Shown here piece by piece: positions 15,924-23,947 of a stretch of 46,117 bases of DNA. Both the position numbers and the translations under genes were made by a program. Each line of letters opens with the position of its first letter. The stretch's first letter is position 1. Origin of the DNA: a virus. Where the stretch lies: IMG/VR virus record IMGVR_UViG_3300045988_041336. The stretch is one strand, 5' to 3'. Below the pieces are notes generated by a model. The model had not been told where the DNA came from. It did no database searches and was given only the letters and a program-made list of their open reading frames with translations.

Positions 15924-16220
15924 ATGGAAAACAAAAGCGGGCAGCATTACATCATTCGGTGCGATCGGGCGGGCGTATTCTTCGCAAAGATCGCGGAGCG
16001 CAGAGGTGCCGAGGCAGATCTGGTTGATTGCCGAAGGCTGTGGTATTGGGATGGAGCGGCGAGCTTGTCCCAGCTCGCAACGGATGGGGTGAAAGCACCG
16101 GAAAACTGTAAGTTTACGGTAACAATACCGGCAATGACGGTACTCGGGATTATTGAGATCATCCCTTGCACCGACGAGGCGGTGCGGAGCATAAATGGAG
16201 TAAGAGTATGGAAACGATAA
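15924..16220 (+). CDS. Hypothetical protein
   Basis: RBS AAGGAGG. 98 aa. Confidence 0.6.
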   Translation: MENKSGQHYIIRCDRAGVFFAKIAERRGAEADLVDCRRLWYWDGAASLSQLATDGVKAPENCKFTVTIPAMTVLGIIEIIPCTDEAVRSINGVRVWKR

Positions 16221-16912
16221 AAATCAAAGAGTTTCTGGCCGCGCGATCCGGCGACGGCTCCGGCGACGGCTACGGCGACGGCTACGGCTCCGGCTCCGGC
16301 TACGGCTCCGGCGACGGCTACGGCTACGGCTACGGCGACGGCTCCGGCACCGGCTACGGCACCGGCTACGACTCCGGCGACGGCGACGACTCCGGCGACG
16401 GCTACGGCTCCGGCGACGGCTCCGGCTCCGGCTACGGCATTAAAAAGTACGACGGAGAAGATGTACATATGATCGATGGTGTACAGACGATCATCACGTC
16501 GGTACACGGGGACATTGCGAAGGGCTTTATCCTGCAAGGCGATCTGACGCTGACGCCATGCTTCATCGCGAAAGTTGACGGCTGCTTCGCGCACGGGGAG
16601 ACGGTGCGTCAGGCTGTGACGGATGCGCGCGATAAGGCGTTTGAGCGCCTGGCGCAGGAGGAGCGGATCACCGCATTTCTAGATGCGATCAAGCCGAATA
16701 CAGAGTATCCGGTAATGACGCTGTACGACTGGCATCACCGGCTGACTGGGAGCTGCGAAGCCGGGCGAAAGGCATTTGCGAAGGATCACGGAATCGACCT
16801 GAGCACATGTATGACGCGCGAGGCATTCTTTGAGCTGACAAAGGATGCCTATGGAGGGAGTGTGATCCGCGAGGCAATGCGGATCGCTGAGCGCGAGAAA
16901 GATGGCGAGTAA
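16208..16912 (+). CDS. Protein with a 64-aa Gly/Asp/Ser/Tyr low-complexity repeat and a globular C-terminal domain
   Basis: METIKIKEFLAARSGDGSGDGYGDGYGSGSGYGSGDGYGYGYGDGSG...GSGYG, followed by an ordinary ~165-aa domain. Confidence 0.65.
   Translation: METIKIKEFLAARSGDGSGDGYGDGYGSGSGYGSGDGYGYGYGDGSGTGYGTGYDSGDGDDSGDGYGSGDGSGSGYGIKKYDGEDVHMIDGVQTIITSVHGDIAKGFILQGDLTLTPCFIAKVDGCFAHGETVRQAVTDARDKAFERLAQEERITAFLDAIKPNTEYPVMTLYDWHHRLTGSCEAGRKAFAKDHGIDLSTCMTREAFFELTKDAYGGSVIREAMRIAEREKDGE
16247..16438 (+). repeat. In-frame tandem GGC-[TAC/TCC/GAC] microsatellite-like repeat
   Basis: About 190 nt built from ggctacggc/ggctccggc/ggcgacggc units. The antisense reading gives the (AVAG)n artefact ORF 15947..16594. 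Confidence 0.85.
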
Positions 16913-17129
16913 CGGGAAAATTCCGGTGGAGCTGACGCCGGAGCAGATGGAGGACCTGATCGACGCGGCCACGCGGGCCGCTGAGCAAAATCAGGAGGAC
17001 GCAGAGATACTGAGCAGCCAGCCGCGCATAGACCGGGAGACCGTCGGGATGCTGCTGGAGACGCGCAAGCGCCTGCTGACGCTGGCGGCGTGGATGCAGC
17101 ATTTGTGGGAGGAGGCCGAGGACGAATGA
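16902..17129 (+). CDS. Hypothetical acidic protein
   Basis: Overlaps the upstream stop. 75 aa. Confidence 0.5.
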   Translation: MASNGKIPVELTPEQMEDLIDAATRAAEQNQEDAEILSSQPRIDRETVGMLLETRKRLLTLAAWMQHLWEEAEDE

Positions 17130-17368
17130 TGCGGTACGCACCGAAAACAAAGCCGATCCCGCCTCCATGCGGGAGAGACTGCCCGGGACGTGCGCCGGGA
17201 TGCAGCGCGAAGTGCTGCTCATGGATGCTGTATCAGTCCATCCGGGAGCACATCTATCAAAAGCAGCTCGCAGAGAAGCACGCGCAGGAGCTGAATTTCG
17301 TGGCGCAGCGGGAGATCGCGCACGCCGGGAGGAAAGTAAGGAAGGGGCATTTGTATGCGGCAAAATAG
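17126..17368 (+). CDS. Small Cys-rich (zinc-binding-like) protein
   Basis: ATGA overlap with the upstream gene. PPCGRDCPGRAPGCSAKCCSW. Confidence 0.5.
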   Translation: MMRYAPKTKPIPPPCGRDCPGRAPGCSAKCCSWMLYQSIREHIYQKQLAEKHAQELNFVAQREIAHAGRKVRKGHLYAAK

Positions 17369-17612
17369 CACCGATTACTCGGGAGAGCGGGCACCGCGCA
17401 GGCCGCGCGTGATCGCGCAGGCCGGGTATACCGGGAAAAATTATTACGCCGTCGCGTACCGCGATCAGAGCATTACGGTACGCGCGGGAGACGAGCTGGC
17501 CGCGATCTTTACGGCGGCAAAATACTGGGGCTATAAGTGGAGCACGCCGGAATACCACCAGAACGCCAGGGCGATGAAGCTCCACTATAAGCCGGAGTTC
17601 CTGATCGGATAA
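17355..17612 (+). CDS. Hypothetical protein
   Basis: RBS AAGGAAGGGG. 85 aa. Confidence 0.55.
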   Translation: MRQNSTDYSGERAPRRPRVIAQAGYTGKNYYAVAYRDQSITVRAGDELAAIFTAAKYWGYKWSTPEYHQNARAMKLHYKPEFLIG

Positions 17613-17647
17613 AAAATGCCCTCGACCGGTTCCAGCCGGTCGAGGGC
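17611..17647. terminator. 12-bp GC hairpin with the A/T-run on the upstream side only
   Basis: aaaaaat-gccctcgaccgg-ttccag-ccggtcgagggc. The U-run would follow the stem only for minus-strand transcription. Confidence 0.4.
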
Positions 17648-17693
17648 AGAGAAGCCTACACTTCCCCATGACAAGTTACAAGGAGAGTATACC

Positions 17694-17768
17694 ATGAAAA
17701 ATCCATATTTGCAAGAGACAACGGAGATCATCCGCGGGCAGCTTGTTCCGATTGATGGAAGGGGGTAA
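17694..17768 (+). CDS. 24-codon leader ORF, or the true 5' end of the radical-SAM gene
   Basis: Strong RBS AAGGAGAG 7 nt before the ATG. Ends ...AGG GGG TAA in a G5 run; the downstream gene is in the +1 frame. Confidence 0.35.
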   Translation: MKNPYLQETTEIIRGQLVPIDGRG

Positions 17769-17781
17769 AAGCCTTACAGCA

Positions 17782-18645
17782 ATGAATTCGATTGCAAGAG
17801 TGTTTCCACGCAAGACAAAAGCTTCTCCCATCGATCCACTGGCATTCTTCGGCCCGCCGACCATCGAAAACATCGCAGATTGCATCAAGGCAAATGTGAT
17901 ACAGGTCAACATATCCGTGACATTCACTTGGGATATAGAGACGGCGGAGGAACTGTACTATGCGTGGCAGGTGTTGGGCGTGCCTGTCGAGGTGGGCGGT
18001 CCTGCGTTTGATGATCGCATGGGCGATTTTACACCGGGTATGTATCTGCGCGACGGATACATATTCACGTCTCGCGGTTGCACGAAAGAATGCTGGTTTT
18101 GCTCTGTACCACGCTGCGCACACGGAGAAATCAAAGAGCTGCCGATTGTGGATGGATGGAACATCCTTGATGATAACATTTTAGGCACGTCCGAACGGCA
18201 CTTTCTGGCAGTTTGCGAGATGCTTAAGAGGCAAGCACATCCGGCGATATTTACGGGAGGCTTGGAGCCAGCACTTTTGCAGCAGTGGCAGGCGGATTTG
18301 CTGCGCGAAGTGAAACCGGCCCGCATTTACACGGCCTACGATACAAAAGACGATCTGGAACCGCTGATCGAAATGGGACGAAAATTCCGCGCGGCAGGAT
18401 TCAGGCCGTCGAGCCACACAATGTGCTGCTATGTGCTGTGCGGCTATGACGGTGACAGTTTTGAGGATGCCGAAAAGCGTCTCGTACAGACTATGCAGGC
18501 TGGTTTCGTGCCGTATGCAATGCTGTTTCGCGGAGAAGATGGAAAATATGATCCGGATTGGCGGCGCTTCCAGCGCGAGTGGTGCAGGCCGATCATTACG
18601 GGGAAAAAGTTCAACGAATATTGGAGGGAAAAACGTGACGAATGA
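17782..18645 (+). CDS. Radical SAM enzyme (CX3CX2C)
   Basis: YIFTSRGCTKECWFCSVP is the canonical 4Fe-4S/SAM cluster motif. The ORF is open from 17743, and none of the candidate starts (17743 TTG, 17755 or 17782 ATG) has a good RBS. Confidence 0.7.
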   Translation: MNSIARVFPRKTKASPIDPLAFFGPPTIENIADCIKANVIQVNISVTFTWDIETAEELYYAWQVLGVPVEVGGPAFDDRMGDFTPGMYLRDGYIFTSRGCTKECWFCSVPRCAHGEIKELPIVDGWNILDDNILGTSERHFLAVCEMLKRQAHPAIFTGGLEPALLQQWQADLLREVKPARIYTAYDTKDDLEPLIEMGRKFRAAGFRPSSHTMCCYVLCGYDGDSFEDAEKRLVQTMQAGFVPYAMLFRGEDGKYDPDWRRFQREWCRPIITGKKFNEYWREKRDE

Positions 18646-18988
18646 AGAAATCATGCAGTCGCTGCGTATCTGCGCAACGCATATAGAGAAGGGTTGCGGG
18701 CTTTGCCCACAAATGAAGTATGTGCGTTGCACGGAGCGGCTGGCGGATGAAGCTATCACCATGATCGAGCGCCTGAGCGGAGAGGTCGAGGATCTGCGCA
18801 GAAAGCTTGCCATGTCCGACAAGGACGTGACGGCCGCGCACCTGCATTTCAGCCAGTGGCAGGCGGCATTCATCCAGCTGACGCAGACTGTCAGCCGCAT
18901 CGAGGACGAGGACAAGGTCGGAGAGCTCTGCGCGGCAATCAAAGCGCAGCTGGCCGCGTGGGAGAAGGCGATGGAGGGAACGCCATGA
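18635..18988 (+). CDS. Cys-rich + coiled-coil protein (paralogue family A)
   Basis: GTG 6 nt after GGAGGG. TNEEIMQSLRICA...CGLC...ADEAITMIERLSGEVEDLRRKL. Confidence 0.55.
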   Translation: MTNEEIMQSLRICATHIEKGCGLCPQMKYVRCTERLADEAITMIERLSGEVEDLRRKLAMSDKDVTAAHLHFSQWQAAFIQLTQTVSRIEDEDKVGELCAAIKAQLAAWEKAMEGTP

Positions 18989-19665
18989 GCGACCGAACAA
19001 GGGCCCTCCGGTACAAACGCCCAGCACTGGCCTCGATGGGCGCGTACAACATTATGTCGGAGCTCGATGACATTGTAGGGGCTTGCAATGATGTGCGGTA
19101 CTACATTGAGCAGGCAGACAACGACGAGACGCTTCTCAATGCACTCGATGGCGACAAGGATGCGGAATGGGAATTTCGCATGGCTTTCGCAGATTTGTCC
19201 GCAAAAGCCGACGAGCTGCAAATGAGGCTGTATGAGCAGGATTTCGAGGACTTTTACAGAGACTTTGACGATGCAACAGTCGCTCTGATTGGCAACCGCT
19301 ACGAACTGGTAGGCTATGACAGCGAAGAGGAAGATTATTTTTCGCTTACGAGCTACGAAGAAGGGCTTGCGCAGACGGAAGCCGGTAAGCGGCTATGCCG
19401 ACTGACGAAACCGGAGATGATTGAGCGCATCGGCTGGGCATTTGGTATTACGCTGGCCTTCTTCGATTTGCGCCAACAGTACGATTACCTCAAGGCGACG
19501 TTCGATATCCTGCGAGGAGAAAATACGTCACTGCTGGATACCATCAGGCAGATTGAAGAGGCATACGACGAAATGGAAGCAGACGGGTTTTACGACTGGA
19601 AAGACAGCACGAAACGCTTCGACCGGCTGCTCGCCGCGCTTCCGGATCGTGCGTGGCTGGAATAG
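18985..19665 (+). CDS. Hypothetical acidic protein
   Basis: ATGA overlap with the upstream gene. 226 aa. Confidence 0.6.
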   Translation: MSDRTRALRYKRPALASMGAYNIMSELDDIVGACNDVRYYIEQADNDETLLNALDGDKDAEWEFRMAFADLSAKADELQMRLYEQDFEDFYRDFDDATVALIGNRYELVGYDSEEEDYFSLTSYEEGLAQTEAGKRLCRLTKPEMIERIGWAFGITLAFFDLRQQYDYLKATFDILRGENTSLLDTIRQIEEAYDEMEADGFYDWKDSTKRFDRLLAALPDRAWLE

Positions 19666-19676
19666 GAGGATACACT

Positions 19677-20072
19677 ATGACGAATAAAGAAGTCGTGCAG
19701 GCACTGCGGTGCTGCGCGAAGGGGCTTGGACACGACGACGCGTGCGAAAACTGCAAGGTCGGAGAAATCCAAGATCGGCGGGAATACATCGAGTTTGCGG
19801 CTGCTAACGTGATCGAGCGCCTGACCGCCGAGAACGCGGCGCTGCGGGAGAAGGTGCCGCAGTGGATCAGCGTGGAGGAAAGACTGCCAATAGACCGTCT
19901 CAAGATGTATCTCGTTGCTTTTCGGGATACGTTCGGCCCGATTGTAGATATGGCCAGCTACTTCCCGAGCGACGGATGGACGTGCGATAACTGGGTCGTA
20001 CCGCAGAAGTCGATCACCCACTGGATGCCGCTGCCGGGAGCGCCGGAGGAAGGAGGCGAGGCAGATGCTTGA
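19677..20072 (+). CDS. Family-A Cys/zipper module fused to a DUF551-like domain
   Basis: RBS AGGAGG. MTNKEVVQALRCCA..C.NC...AANVIERLTAENAALREKV, and C-terminal ...THWMPLPGAP. Confidence 0.65.
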   Translation: MTNKEVVQALRCCAKGLGHDDACENCKVGEIQDRREYIEFAAANVIERLTAENAALREKVPQWISVEERLPIDRLKMYLVAFRDTFGPIVDMASYFPSDGWTCDNWVVPQKSITHWMPLPGAPEEGGEADA

Positions 20073-20517
20073 TATTTGCCCAGTATCGCTGGCAGAAGCA
20101 AACGCGTTTGTGGCAGAGCATCACCGCCATCATAAGCCGGTCGTTGGACATAAATTTTCCATCGGCTGCACAGACGGAGAGAAAATCGTAGGCGTGGCGA
20201 TTGTCGGGAGACCAGTTGCGCGGTATCTGGATGATGGATGGACGCTTGAGGTAAACCGCTGTTGTACAGACGGAACTCGAAATGCCTGCTCTATTCTGTA
20301 TGCCGCTGCATGGCGCGCCGCCCGGGCGATGGGCTACCACAAACTGATTACTTACATTCTGGATACGGAACCGGGGACAAGCTTAAAGGCAGCTGGATGG
20401 AAGTGCGTCGGACAGGCCGGCGGGCTTCGCTGGACAGGCAAGCGCCGCCCGGAGGTAGACCTTTGCCCCGCACAAATGAAAATCCGGTTTGAGCGGGAGG
20501 AAGGAGAAAAGGCATGA
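20065..20517 (+). CDS. XF1762-family / Mom-like GNAT-fold protein
   Basis: SLAEANAFVAEHHRHHKPVVGHKFSIG...VGVAIVGRPVARYLDDGWTLEVNRCCTDGTRNACSILYAAAWRAARAMGY..LITY...EPGTSLKAAGW matches the family signature as I recall it. Confidence 0.6.
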   Translation: MLDICPVSLAEANAFVAEHHRHHKPVVGHKFSIGCTDGEKIVGVAIVGRPVARYLDDGWTLEVNRCCTDGTRNACSILYAAAWRAARAMGYHKLITYILDTEPGTSLKAAGWKCVGQAGGLRWTGKRRPEVDLCPAQMKIRFEREEGEKA

Positions 20518-20801
20518 AAATCTACATGGCCGGTAAAATCACCGGAGATCCGAATTACAAGATGAAATTTCGCATGGCAGCGAAGCACATACAGGAGATG
20601 TATCCTCGCGCGGTGATCTTGAATCCGGCGGAACTGCCGGAAGGGCTGACACCGAAGGACTACATGCGGCTGTGCTTCGGGATGATCGACGCGGCGGATA
20701 TTCTGTTCGCGCTGCCGGATGCGAAGGAAAGTAAGGGCGCGAAGCTGGAAATTGCGTATTGCAGATATGTTGGGAAAGGGGTTTTGAAATGGAACGATTG
20801 A
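20514..20801 (+). CDS. DUF4406 (nucleoside 2-deoxyribosyltransferase-like) protein
   Basis: MKIYMAGKITGDPNY...NPAE...DYMRLCFGMIDAADILFALPDAKESKGAKLEIAYC. Confidence 0.6.
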   Translation: MKIYMAGKITGDPNYKMKFRMAAKHIQEMYPRAVILNPAELPEGLTPKDYMRLCFGMIDAADILFALPDAKESKGAKLEIAYCRYVGKGVLKWND

Positions 20802-21226
20802 CTTATTTCAAAGACGGATACTGGCGGGTAAATTTCAGCGGAGTGCAGTACCAGGCGGATTTTGTTGATCGACTTGCGGCCTACGAGGACACAGGGTTAA
20901 GCCCTGAAAAGGTTTCTTGGATGAAAGAAGTCGTCGAAGCAGCTTTTGACAATGACACATCCAGAATTGAGCGAGCACACAACCTGCATGTGGCTGACAA
21001 AGAGGGGCGGTGCGTCGTGCTGCCGTGCAAGGTGGGCGATAAATTATACAGAGTGTTTGCCGGAGAAATCTTCGAGCACCGAGTCGGGAGCATGAAATAC
21101 TTCGCAATACAGGGACGGTGGGACATTGAAACGTACCCGTTCTGCCCATGCGTGGAAAGTTCCATAGGGAAAACTGTATTTTTGAGCCGCGAAGAAGCCG
21201 AGAAGGCTTTGCAGGAAATGGAGTAG
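20789..21226 (+). CDS. Hypothetical protein
   Basis: The ATG lies inside the end of the upstream gene. 145 aa. Confidence 0.55.
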   Translation: MERLTYFKDGYWRVNFSGVQYQADFVDRLAAYEDTGLSPEKVSWMKEVVEAAFDNDTSRIERAHNLHVADKEGRCVVLPCKVGDKLYRVFAGEIFEHRVGSMKYFAIQGRWDIETYPFCPCVESSIGKTVFLSREEAEKALQEME

Positions 21227-21229
21227 CAG

Positions 21230-21535
21230 ATGAAGAACAGATTGACGGTCAAACACGGGATGCTGTCCGACCTCAGAGCATACTTGAAGCAAAGTGGCTG
21301 GAAACTCGAAGAACCTGTCGGCGAGTACGAGGTTCTGAGGGCACGAAATCCGAATTATCCGCGACCACTTCTGGTTCACAACCGGGCAGAACGCGGCGTT
21401 GGGTACAGCATCGACGGGCGCGATGCGAAGATTTACAGTGGATGGAAACGGAACCGCCGCAAGCGTGGCTTCGACCCAGACTGGCCTACGCAGGAAGAAC
21501 GGACACGGTATTTTGAAGGAGTGGACGGAGTATGA
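21230..21535 (+). CDS. Hypothetical protein
   Basis: 101 aa, in-operon. Confidence 0.55.
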   Translation: MKNRLTVKHGMLSDLRAYLKQSGWKLEEPVGEYEVLRARNPNYPRPLLVHNRAERGVGYSIDGRDAKIYSGWKRNRRKRGFDPDWPTQEERTRYFEGVDGV

Positions 21536-21885
21536 GTTTCAGTAAGAAAAAACGGGAAGCGGTCTATGCGAAGTATGACGGCCACTGTGCCTATTGTGGA
21601 CGGGCTATCGACATCAAGGATATGCAAGTCGATCATTTCAAGCCGCAACGTGCATGGAACGCCGAAGACGCAGGGACGGACGATATTTCCAACCTTATGC
21701 CGTCATGCCGAATGTGCAACCACTACAAGCGGGCAAATTCTCTGGAAACGTTCCGGCGCTATATCGCGGAAATTCCCAGAAAGCTCCGAGAAAACTACAT
21801 CTACAAAGTAGGGGTCGTTTATGGGAATGTCATTGAGCATGAGAAACCGATCACGTTTTACTTTGAGATGGAGGACAAGGCATGA
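21532..21885 (+). CDS. HNH endonuclease
   Basis: GHCAYCGRAI...QVDHFKP...NLMPSCRMCNHYK. Confidence 0.8.
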   Translation: MSFSKKKREAVYAKYDGHCAYCGRAIDIKDMQVDHFKPQRAWNAEDAGTDDISNLMPSCRMCNHYKRANSLETFRRYIAEIPRKLRENYIYKVGVVYGNVIEHEKPITFYFEMEDKA

Positions 21886-22026
21886 CGGGAACTATGGAGA
21901 TTCGCCCTTGCGGTGGAGACTGGAAGTGCTGCGCTGGGGCTTGAAGTGAGTGCCCAGCCCAGAAAACGTATACACTGGCAACATCGACGGAGAACAAGCC
22001 AACGTGGATAAAGGAGGGCAAGAAGG

Positions 22027-22260
22027 ATGGCTAAGCACATAACCAAAGCGCAGTTGAGACAACTCTATCAGGCTCAGCTCTTCGATAACGACGAATACCT
22101 GAGACTTTTAAAAGAGTTTGCAGGGATAGAATCCCGGCCGACCACGGAGTACAACCACTACGACGAAAATGGCGAGTTTATTGGTAGCAGCGTGGACACC
22201 GATCTTTGTGACCTGCTGGACGAGGCTGGCGTGGAGGTGCGGGACGATGGGGCAACATAA
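22027..22260 (+). CDS. Hypothetical acidic protein
   Basis: RBS AAAGGAGGG. 77 aa. Confidence 0.55.
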   Translation: MAKHITKAQLRQLYQAQLFDNDEYLRLLKEFAGIESRPTTEYNHYDENGEFIGSSVDTDLCDLLDEAGVEVRDDGAT

Positions 22261-22447
22261 GCACAACCCGACCGCTATTGCGGCAGCAAAAGGCGAGCTG
22301 CCGCCGAAGAAGCGAGAGCCGCAGCTGACCAAGAGGCAGGCGGAGCGGCTTTTGAAAGCAGAGATCCTGCGTAGATGCACGCCGCTTTACGTCTTTAGCC
22401 CGGAAATGCAAAGCAGAATCGTAAGGGAGTATATGGCTTATGACTGA
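22247..22447 (+). CDS. Hypothetical basic protein
   Basis: Overlaps the upstream gene end. 66 aa. Confidence 0.45.
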   Translation: MGQHKHNPTAIAAAKGELPPKKREPQLTKRQAERLLKAEILRRCTPLYVFSPEMQSRIVREYMAYD

Positions 22448-22745
22448 TTATATCCGGCGCGAGGATGCGCTATTTGCGTTACGGAAAGCAGAACGCGGTG
22501 GAAGCATGACGGCACTAACACGGTTGGAACGCGCATATGCCGAAATTCGGGAAATGCCCGCCGCAGACGTTGCGGAGGTGGTGCATGGACAGTGGTATAT
22601 GCTTGACGATTGCGCAAACGCTGGGCTGTATTGCTCGGCTTGCAGTAGAAGAGTACACCGTGAGGAATTTGCGTACAAAAAGCTGAAATCGAAGTATTGC
22701 CCACACTGCGGTGCGAGGATGGACGGAGGTTGCGAAAATGCCTGA
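22440..22745 (+). CDS. Hypothetical protein with C-terminal zinc ribbon
   Basis: RBS AGGGAG. ...YCSACSRRV....YCPHCGARM. Confidence 0.55.
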   Translation: MTDYIRREDALFALRKAERGGSMTALTRLERAYAEIREMPAADVAEVVHGQWYMLDDCANAGLYCSACSRRVHREEFAYKKLKSKYCPHCGARMDGGCENA

Positions 22746-23109
22746 AAGAGATATGCAGAGCGCAGATGTTTGGGCTAGAAAGAATAAGATAAAGACCAAC
22801 TTTGCCAAAATCTTTGTTTGTGGATCGGCTGAAAAGCCGTATTACAACATTCTGTATTTTGACCCGGTAGATAAAATTTGGCACGTTGGGTACGGCTCGT
22901 TTTACCTTTCGTATGTGTTCAAGTGGCTATCGGAAGAATTTGAAATTGAAGATGAACCCGCCGCAGACGTTGCGCCGGTGGTGCGTTGCAAGGACTGCGA
23001 CGCCTGGAAAAGAAACGTTGGCATTGCCGATAGCCCGAACGGACACTGTTTCGAGCACGATATTGATACAAACGGGCAGGATTTCTGCAGTTGGGGCACG
23101 ACCGAATGA
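22738..23109 (+). CDS. Hypothetical Cys-containing protein
   Basis: Overlaps the upstream stop. Shares the PAADVA.VV motif with the preceding gene. Confidence 0.5.
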   Translation: MPERDMQSADVWARKNKIKTNFAKIFVCGSAEKPYYNILYFDPVDKIWHVGYGSFYLSYVFKWLSEEFEIEDEPAADVAPVVRCKDCDAWKRNVGIADSPNGHCFEHDIDTNGQDFCSWGTTE

Positions 23110-23193
23110 GCGGGCTGAGATTTGAATCGATGGCGGACATGCCGCCGAGGATGCGGGAGCTTTACGCGCGAGAATTAAATATTGGAGGGACAT

Positions 23194-23610
23194 ATGACGG
23201 ATAAAGTAAAACGTTCGCAGAAACAGGCATATGAGAAATCCATTGCGTTTCTTCGGGCGCTAACCGAGGGGCAATCAAATGAAATCAAAAGTCTGCGCAA
23301 AGAAGTTGAATGGCAAGACATAGTGATTTCTCTTGCACAAAGGAAGCAGGGAGAGGTGGAATCCGAGCGAGACGCGCTGCTTGGCAAATGGATAAGCATT
23401 GATGGAACACTCCCAGCTCCGGGAATGCGCGTACTTGCTACTGACGGCGTATTTGTCGGCGAGGCGTACCTCACAAGCGCGAATACATGGAGAAGATACG
23501 ACGGCATGGCTATGCGGGATTGCATCGGAAGCGTGGTAACGCATTGGATGCCATTGCCACCTGTGCCGCATAATTCATCCGCCAGAAAGGATAAAGGGAA
23601 TGAGTCTTGA
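23194..23610 (+). CDS. Coiled-coil + DUF551-like protein
   Basis: RBS GGAGGG. C-terminus [17 protein letters not shown]...[11 protein letters not shown]. Confidence 0.6.
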   Translation: MTDKVKRSQKQAYEKSIAFLRALTEGQSNEIKSLRKEVEWQDIVISLAQRKQGEVESERDALLGKWISIDGTLPAPGMRVLATDGVFVGEAYLTSANTWRRYDGMAMRDCIGSVVTHWMPLPPVPHNSSARKDKGNES

Positions 23611-23947
23611 GAAAATCGCCGAACGCAAAGAAGTGAAGCAGAACGGCGGAAGGCAATCCTTCCGCCCATTCAAGAGTGAGTGGCTTCCACCGAGGGCTAT
23701 GTTGCAGCTCTCCAAAGTCCGGTACGAATCAGCGGTATTACATCACTACACCGAGGATAATTACAAACTGATTCCGGCAAAAGAGCACGTAGGGCGTGCG
23801 CTTACGCATCTTTTTGCGTGGCTCGCTGGTGACGAATCAAACGACCATCTTGCACACGCACTTTGTCGGATTGCATTTGCCGTGGAAATGGAACAGGAGG
23901 CGTTGGAGAATGGGCAGAAAGACCGAAATCCTGAAAATAAAGGGTGA
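23600..23947 (+). CDS. MazZ-like dATP/dGTP diphosphohydrolase-domain (DUF5664-type) protein
   Basis: ...[61 protein letters not shown] matches the family pattern as I recall it. Confidence 0.5.
   Translation: MSLEKIAERKEVKQNGGRQSFRPFKSEWLPPRAMLQLSKVRYESAVLHHYTEDNYKLIPAKEHVGRALTHLFAWLAGDESNDHLAHALCRIAFAVEMEQEALENGQKDRNPENKG

Noticed and set aside
16247-16438. Trinucleotide array considered as a non-coding repeat or CRISPR-like element
   Set aside because: It is in frame within an ORF that has an RBS and a normal C-terminal domain, and it has no spacer structure.
21882-22034. Small Cys-rich ORF (MTGTMEIRPCGGDWKCCAGA) that continues in frame through a TGA to the start of the next gene; possible recoding or selenocysteine
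   Set aside because: TGA is clearly used as a genuine stop by many well-supported genes in this genome. No SECIS-like hairpin is evident, and the ORF is tiny. It is more likely non-coding or a decayed gene.
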